From contig CAWCNS010000004.1 of NCBI GenBank assembly GCA_963796965.1, positions 320,001 to 384,000 of the forward strand: a stretch of DNA of 64,000 nucleotides. Reading direction: 5' to 3'. The translations under genes were made by a program, and so were the position numbers. A model generated the notes under the pieces. It was not told the DNA's origin, did not search any database, and saw nothing but the letters and a program-made list of their open reading frames with translations. The first letter of the stretch is position 1. Each line of letters starts with the position of its first letter. Shown in pieces: positions 56,724 to 64,000 of this stretch. Source of the DNA: Calditrichia bacterium. Lineage in GTDB: Bacteria; Calditrichota; Calditrichia; JAJRVZ01.

Positions 56724-57903
56724 ATGAATATTGATATCAAAATAATTGAACATGAAATTAATAATATTATCCCCAAGATAAAGGATATTAGACACCATAT
56801 TCATGCTCATCCTGAATTGTCCTTGGACGAACATAATACATCCGCTTATATCAGGGAGCAATTGAAGTCTTTAAACATTGGAGATTTTACCTCCATTTTT
56901 ATCAACAGATGTCATTGCTTTATTAAATCCTGAGAAAACGGAAAGAAATATCACATTAAGAGCTGATATAGATGCCCTGCCCATCCAGGAACAGAACGAT
57001 CTGCCCTATTCATCAAAAATGAACAATGTCATGCATGCCTGTGGTCATGATGGCCATACGGCCATGCTGATAGGGGCAGCCATAGTACTTGAAAAGTTTA
57101 AAAAACAATTGAACGGTTCCGTACGCTTTGTTTTTCAACCCGGAGAAGAAATAGTTGCTGCGGGAAGGGATTTGGTTGAAAAAGGAATCTTGAATTCTCC
57201 AAAACCAGAAGCGGTTCTTGCGTTGCATTCGTGGCCTGGTTATCCCCTGGGTTCAATTTGTTCCAGACCGGGAGCTATGATGGCTGCTGCGGATATATTT
57301 AAAATTATTATTAGAGGAAAAGGAGGTCATGGATCAGCACCCGAACAAAGCAACGATCCTATATTTACTGCAACTAAGATTATCAACAATCTGTATTTAC
57401 TCCCTTCGAGAAAATTCAGGGCCTTGGATAGTATAACTCTGAGTGTCTGCAAAATACATGCAGGGGACAGCTCTAATGTGATTCCGGATGAGGTGATAAT
57501 GGAAGGGACGGTACGATATTTTTCCAAAAAAGTAGGAGAAAAAATTCCATCATTATTCGAAAAAGTAATAAAGGATGAATGTGAAAGTTCAGGTACAACA
57601 TACACGTTGGACTATAATCAGCCCTATATCGCAACCATTAATGATCCGGATATCGTGAATCTATGTAAAAAAAATTGGCAGGATATTAGTGACGATAAAA
57701 AATGGATTGATCTTTCAGATCCTGTTATGGCTTCAGAAGATTTTTCTTATTATCTTGATAGCAATCCGGGAGGGATGTTTTTTCTGGGTATGGGTGAAAA
57801 TAGTTCAGAATTGCATACCAATTCCTTTAATTTTAATGATGAAGCTTTAAGAGATGGTATTCTATTTCTTGTTATATCAACAATGGGTTTACTAAAAAAA
57901 TAG
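56724..57903 (+). CDS. M20D family amidohydrolase, frameshifted near 56880
   Basis: HAHPELS, LRADIDALP, MHACGHDGH, FQPGEE, GKGGHGS, SEDF. Confidence 0.92.
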
Positions 57904-57989
57904 ATTGTTTATTTATAATCAGAATTTTAATGTTTTTGTGGAGAGTAAAGTCTTAAAATAAGATTAGGATAAACTTTAGATTATTAATT

Positions 57990-58185
57990 AAACGCAGAGT
58001 TCGCTGAGAGCGCAGAGAGAAAATCTTCCACAAATTATCACGAATTTATTCTCCCAAAGGGACTCCTATGGAGGAATTTCACGAATTATCTATTATAAGT
58101 TTTTGAAGAGGTCTGAATAATTTTTTTATCTGTTTTTTATGTTAATTAATAAAGATTCTGCGCGGCTCAGCGAACTCTGCGTTAA
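57990..58185. repeat. Family A-like element (CGCAGAG variant) with nested CACGAATT repeats and a small hairpin
   Basis: aacgcagagttcgctgagagcgcaga / tctgcgcggctcagcgaactctgcgtt. Confidence 0.85.
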
Positions 58186-58222
58186 AATTATTTTTATGTT
58201 TTTTTTAATAAAGGAATGAAAA

Positions 58223-59191
58223 ATGAAAAAATTACTTCTTTTGCTTTTTGGTTGTCTCATGATAATTACTGCCATTAGTGCATCTCCTAAACCGATAAAG
58301 GTAGGGCTAATCGGTTTAGATACCTCCCATGCCCCGGCATTTACCAAATTTCTCAATACACCCGATGATGATAATTATGTTCCGGGTGCCCGGGTTGTCG
58401 CTGCCTTTGCTGGTGGAAGTCCTGAGGTGGAAGCCAGTTGGTCCCGGGTTGAAAAGTATACGAATCAAATTCGTGACGAATACAAAGTTGAAATTGTTCC
58501 AACAATTGATGATCTGTTGGAAAAAGTTGATGTTGTCATATTAACAAGTGTGGACGGGAACGTACATTTGGAACAAGCCAGGCCGGTAATCATGGCAAAA
58601 AAACGTATTTATATTGATAAACCAATGGCTGCAAGTTTGGAAGATGTTTATAAAATTTTCGACCTGGCTAAAAAAGAAGATGTTCCTTGTTGGAGTGCCT
58701 CAAGTTTAAGATATTTTACTGAACTTCAAACGGCAATTAAAGATACGGCCATGGGTAAAATATTGGGATGTGAGGCTTTTAGTCCGGCAAAGTTAGAACC
58801 CCACCATCCTGATCTCTTTTGGTATGGTATACATGGGGTGGAAACTCTGTTTACAGTAATGGGACCGGATATCCAAACGGTAGACCGGGTATATACTGAG
58901 ATTTTGACCTGGTTACCGGGGTCTGGAAAGATGGACGTATTGGAACTTTCCGGGGAAACCGGGTTGGTAAAGGAAGATATGGTGCAACGATTTTTTATGA
59001 AAAAGGTGTCAAACATGTTGTACCCGGTAAAGGATCATTATATAAACCCCTATTAACTGAGATTGTAAAATTTTTTCAAACAGGTGAAGTGCCCATTAGA
59101 GCCAGAAGAGACGATTGCTATTTTTGAATTTATGGATGCTGCCCAAAAATCCCGGGATAGTGGTGGGAAAACGATTACAATTTCTGAATAA
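58223..59191 (+). CDS. Secreted Gfo/Idh/MocA family oxidoreductase, frameshifted near 58900
   Basis: VGLIGLDTSH, YIDKPMA, SASSLRY, WYGIHGVE. Confidence 0.82.
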
Positions 59192-59423
59192 ATTTGTCTG
59201 GGTTTGTGTGATATCATTAGCCACAGAGAACCTATGGTCTTTCTGATTGGAAAAAACATAAAAGATTTACCACTCCCATAGGGATGCCTATGGCAAAAGT
59301 TCACTAAGCCCCGATATATATGTCTACATCACATAGACATATCGGGATAAATCCTCTTCCGAAGGAATCCCTTCGGGACAAGATTTCAAAGGCACCAAGA
59401 TCAGAAAGAAAAGTCCCTAAATG

Positions 59424-59477
59424 ACCTCCTCCTCATCCCCCGCCTTAGTAAGGAGGGGGAAATAGGGGGTGGTAATT
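59424..59477. repeat. Family C hairpin (C3)
   Basis: atcccccgccttagtaaggagggggaaatagggggtggtaatt. Confidence 0.85.
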
Positions 59478-59608
59478 GCTTAATTTTTCCTTTGGTAGCG
59501 GTTAAAAATCAGATACACAATTTATTAGATCATTGGAAAATCGATAATATTCACTCTGGATTTAAATAGTCAACAAATCAATCTTGGTTTACAAAAGAAA
59601 GAGAAATT

Positions 59609-61011
59609 ATGCACCATAGAATATTTATAGAAATTTGAGGATTTTTCTACAATCATATTACTTTCAGCATTAGTCTGGAATTGTGGAAATTCTGAGAATG
59701 CCAATCAATATAATCCGGAGAATTCTGTGGAATCTGCAAAATTGATAGCTAAAACCTATGATTCCGGATTTGAACTGGCCCACGATACCTATAACGGTAT
59801 GGGAACCGGCAAGTGATGGTAAAATATATTATGTTCTTTCTTCCGAATCCTATGAAATCGGGTGCACAAATATACAGTTATGATCCTGGCAACAGATAAA
59901 ATCAAACATCTGGGTGATCTTACTGAAGCATGTGGTGAAAAGGGAAAGAAGAACAATTGTCCAGGGAAAGAGCCATGTAAATTTTGTTGAAAACAAGATA
60001 AATTATACTTTGCCACCCATGTTGGTTACTATAGTTTAGTGGATGGTATGGAGAAGATTGGAATCCCACCAAAGGGCTATAAACCTTACCCGGGGGGGCA
60101 TTTTTTAGCCTATGACATGAAAACTGACACATTTGAGGATTTGGCAATCGCCCCAGCTGGTGAAGGCATCCTGACGATGAATATGGACACAAAACGAGAA
60201 CGTCTTTATGGCATAACCTGGCCAACCGGCTATTTTATCCGATATGATTTGAAAAGTAAGGAACTAAAAAATCTGGGACCTATTTCCAAAGATGGAGAAA
60301 ATGGTATAGGAGATAACTACCGTGTCCTCTGTCGTTCTCTGGCTGTTGATCCCCGTGACGGTTCTGTCTATTTTACAAATGGAGACGGTGATGTTTTTAA
60401 GTATAATTATCAGAAAGATGGCATTAAAATTTTAGGGGATGTTGATATGCGGAAAGATTATTTCGGCCTCTATGAAGTGAATTCACCCGGGCATATGGCC
60501 TATAACTGGCGCCAGACAATCTGGTGTGAAGCCGATAAGGCTATTTACGGTGTTCATGGAAATTCCGGCTACCTTTTCCGTTTTGACCCTTCTATTCCTA
60601 AAATAGAGATTATCGACCGTATTACCTCGTTGCCATCTAAGAAGAGTGGCATGTTTGATCAGTTCAGCTATGGATATCTGGGTTTTACATTAGGACCGGA
60701 TGGCAAAACACTCAATTACCTGACCGGGGGACCGGTTTATGTGGATGGAAAAAGAGTAAAAGGAAAAGATAAAACAGCCATGGGAGAATCAAAAGGCACA
60801 GAAAATTTACACCTGATCACTTATAATATTTCAACAAAAAATATACAGATCATGGACCGATATTCTATGAGGATGGTCAGAGGCCGTCATATGTGAATTC
60901 AATTGCTGTTGGAAAGAATGGTGATGTATATACGTTAGCCGAATTCCGAGAGCGGGAGGTATCATAACAGATCTGATAAAAATTAATTATCCGAATTACT
61001 CGTCAAAATAA
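59609..61011 (+). CDS. Hypothetical beta-propeller lipoprotein with multiple frameshifts
   Basis: Core ORF 60039..60896 with coding-like flanks (HDTYNGM, IKHLGDLTEAC, ITDLIKI). Confidence 0.55.
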
Positions 61012-61081
61012 TTCTATGACAAAAGTAGATGTCATGTTGAACTTGTCTTTCCTGGACTTCTTTCAGGATTTAAGTGACAAA

Positions 61082-61511
61082 CTAATTCCCCCTTTGAAGG
61101 GGGTAAGGGGGATGATTTAATTGACGATCAACTATAATCCAAAACTGAAAGATCGAGCAAGGGAATTAAGAAAGAATGCTACATTCACCGAACGATTATT
61201 ATGGAAGCATTTAAGGGCTGGTCAATTAAAAGGTTTTCGGTTTCTAAGACAAAAGCCCATAGATGAATTTATAGTTGACTTCTATTGTAAGAAAGTTCAA
61301 TTAGTGATTGAAATTGATGGTGTCACACACAATGATAGAGAAAGTTATGACAAACGAAGAGAAGCTAGATATAAATTAGGATACACTGTACTTAGACTTG
61401 ATGGATACTATATATTAGATAACATCACTGGAGCATTAGAAGTGATTATGGGGCATATTGCTGAGATAGAAAACAAAACATCCCCCTAGCCCCCTTCAAA
61501 GGGGGAATTAG
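61082..61511 (+). mobile_element. DUF559 gene bracketed by 33-bp terminal inverted hairpin repeats
   Basis: 61082-61114 and 61479-61511 are reverse complements at 31 of 33 positions. Confidence 0.75.
61121..61489 (+). CDS. DUF559 (Vsr-like) endonuclease-domain protein
   Basis: ARELRKNATFTERLLW, FLRQKPI..FIVDFYC, LVIEIDG..H, GYTVLR. Confidence 0.92.
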   Translation: MTINYNPKLKDRARELRKNATFTERLLWKHLRAGQLKGFRFLRQKPIDEFIVDFYCKKVQLVIEIDGVTHNDRESYDKRREARYKLGYTVLRLDGYYILDNITGALEVIMGHIAEIENKTSP

Positions 61512-61624
61512 ATTTTACCCCTCACCAAGGGGGGAACTGAATTTTTTTTACAAATTTCAATAAAAAGTTATTTTATATATATGTGAAATTTTGACACTAC
61601 CTTATCTATGAAGGGAGTATTCTA

Positions 61625-62986
61625 ATGAAAAACAAATCAATATCCCGCCGGTAATTTATTAAAACCACTTCAACCGGTGCCATGGCGGCAAGCCAAATTG
61701 TACCTGCCTATGCATTTGCCATTCAGGATAAGGCAAATTCGGGAAAATTAGCTGCCTTAGGTGGCAAACCGGTCAGAAGCAATAAAAAGTGGCCGGAATG
61801 GCCCTATCGTGATCAGAATGTGATTGATTCGGTATTGGAAACCACAAAAAGTGGCATCTGGTGCAGGATTCAGTCAAAAACGGGTACGGTACCCACCTTT
61901 GAAAAAAAATTCGCCGAAATGTATGGTGTCAAGCATTGTGTTGTTACAGGTTCGGGAACACAATCGCTCCATACGACCATAGAGGCATTGGGAATTGGAC
62001 CAGGTGATGAAGTGATCACTTCACCATACACTGATCCTGGTACTATAGCCTCTATCCTATCTGCGCGCGCTCTACCTGTTTTAGCCGATCTTGATCGCCT
62101 CTCTTTCCAATTAGATGCGGATGATGTGGAAAGACGAATCAATCAAAATACAAAAGCGCTTATGCCCGTGCATATGATGGGGCAGCCGGCCGAGATGGAT
62201 CGGTATATGCAGATGGCAAAAAAATATAATTTGCCTATTATTGAAGATGCCTGCCAGGCCCATTTTGCAAAGTACAAGGGTAAATTATTAGGGACAATTG
62301 GTGATGTGGGCTGTTTTAGTTTCCAGACCAGTAAGGTGCTTTCATGTGGAGAAGGTGGGGGTATCGTCAGTGATAATGATGAATTAATGGATCAATGCTT
62401 TACGGTTCAAAACCATGGTACATCAAAACGGGGACGAACCGAGACCATCGGTCCGAAATACCGTATGAATGAATTTGAGGCAGCCATTTTATTGGGTCAA
62501 TTGCCTACCCTGTGGGAACGTCACGAGCGGCGAAATAAAAATGCACAATACCTGACCTCCAAGATTAAAGATATACCAGGAATTTATCCCCAAAAACTTT
62601 ATGAGGGTACAGAAGAAGGTTCATTTTATCTCTATACGATGAGTTATGATAAAAAGCATTATAATAATGTTGATCGGGGCAAATATCTGAAAGCATTGGC
62701 GGCTGAGGGAATAGGTCTGAGTCCATATATTAAAAACGGTTTACATAGAGAGCCCTGGGTGGATAATATCATCAATCGCCGGGTATATAAAAAAATGTAT
62801 ACGGCACAACGGCTTCAGGAATTCAAGGAAGGTATGGTTTGTCCCAATTGTGATCTAGTATGCGATGAAGAAATGGTGATGTTATGGGCATCAGGGCCGC
62901 TCTTAGGGACTACAGAAGATATGGATGATGTGATCAATGCGCTTATTAAAGTGTATGAGAACAGGGACCAACTAAGCAAGGTCTGA
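61625..62986 (+). CDS. DegT/DnrJ/EryC1/StrS aminotransferase with Tat-like leader (in-frame TAA at codon 10)
   Basis: GPGDEVI, PVHMMG, IEDACQAH, FSFQTSKVLSCGEGG. Upstream in frame: MKNKSISRR*FIK. Confidence 0.9.
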
Positions 62987-63053
62987 AGTTCAACGTTTAT
63001 TTTTTTTCACGCAGCGCCGCCACGAGCGCAACGTTTTATTTTGGATTTAGATC

Positions 63054-63107
63054 ACCACCCCCATACCCCCTCCTTACTAAGGAGGGGGATTAAAGGGGCA
63101 GGTCATT
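63054..63107. repeat. Family C hairpin (C4) within a composite of family A, C and B arms (63005-63157)
   Basis: ccccctccttactaaggaggggg, preceded by cacgcagcgccgccacgagcgcaacg and followed by ctccgtgatctccgagtgaactctgtggtt. Confidence 0.85.
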
Positions 63108-63218
63108 CAAAAGTTTAGTTTTTTTTCTCCGTGATCTCCGAGTGAACTCTGTGGTTATTCTATTATTGCAATCCGTATTGTGTTTGAATGTACATAAAGA
63201 TCGATGAGGAAAATATTA

Positions 63219-64000
63219 ATGTTAAATATACTTACTGTTAAACGATATCTCCACCTATTAGTCATCGTTATCGTCCTAGTCATCTTCTTTTCATTGTTCT
63301 AATGATTCAGAAGCGATAAGAGTTGGCGTATTTAATGTAAACGTTTCCCCGCCTATTGGCAGCCCGGTTGCATATGCCAAAACACGGTCAATCCAGGATC
63401 CGCTTACCGCTAAGGGTATCGTTTTACTTTCGGATGATAAACCTATAGTATTATGTGCTGTAGATTGGCTTGGTATTGCCAATGAAGGTCAGGATGCCTG
63501 GAGAGAGAGCCTTGCCCATGCCGTCGGAACAACAACAGATCGGGTATCGGTTCATTCTGTCCACCAACACGACGGTTGCCGATGCGATTTTACTACTGAA
63601 GCTATTCTTGAGGCCTATGGTTTTGGGGGATGGCGTTATGATAACTCATTCTTACGCAAATCAATTCAAAGAGTATCGGATGCAGTAAAACAAGCCCAGA
63701 GCAATGCGCAACCCATAACCCACATTGGCTATGGCCAGGCGGAAGTGGAAAAGGTTGCTTCAAACCGCAGGATATTGGGAGAGGATGGGAAAGTAAAAAT
63801 TACAAGATGGAGCCGTACGAAAGACCCGGCAGCCATAGCCGCTCCCGAGGGGAAAATAGATCCTCTGTTAAGATCGGTTAGTTTCTGGGAAAATGAAAAA
63901 CCGGTTGTTGTCTTAAATTATTATACGACGCATCCCATGAGTCATTATGGAAAAGGAGATGTGAGTTCGGATTTTGTTGGAATTGCGCGGGATAGAAGGG
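63219..64000 (+). CDS. Neutral-ceramidase-like hypothetical lipoprotein, 3'-truncated by the window edge
   Basis: After an indel near 63295 the frame reads VNVSPPIG...DPLTAKGIVL...CAVDW...HSVHQHD...NRR...YTTHP and is open to the window end. Confidence 0.6.

Noticed and set aside
43759..63107. Family C hairpins as plain rho-independent terminators
   Set aside because: They lack U-tracts, have conserved asymmetric flanks and occur in both orientations. An effect on transcripts is still possible.
2272..63157. Intergenic palindromes as integron attC sites
   Set aside because: No consistent RYYYAAC/GTTRRRY ends, several unrelated families in both orientations, and no integrase in the window.
2272..63157. 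CRISPR array
   Set aside because: The repeats are dispersed and inverted rather than regularly spaced direct repeats, and no cas genes are present.
1254..63300. Many frameshifted genes read as mass pseudogenisation or programmed frameshifting
   Set aside because: Most are single-base indels with intact motifs on both sides, which fits uncorrected long-read error better. Raw reads are needed to decide.

Overview
A bacterial window with about 40 genes, all on the + strand. Most encode secreted carbohydrate-active and amino-sugar or sugar-acid enzymes: GH92, GH78, GH95-like, GH109-like, sialidase/BNR proteins, a sulfatase, PIG-L deacetylases, aminotransferases, oxidoreductases and several large unknown proteins. 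Many genes are split by single-base indels, which look like long-read errors. The intergenic DNA is the most interesting part. It holds several families of palindromic or terminal-inverted-repeat elements, and two families trace to small nuclease genes in this window (a GxxExxY pseudogene and a DUF559 gene, each bracketed by inverted repeats). An IS110 element (14886-16592, CT core) sits in the right arm of the GxxExxY element. Its left non-coding end reads as a complete bridge RNA: the target guides match that repeat family, the donor guides match the IS circle junction, and circularisation would rebuild a sigma70 promoter. A separate ~40-bp hairpin is inserted three times at one fixed position in the same repeat family. 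All protein calls come from motif recognition by eye; no database searches were run.
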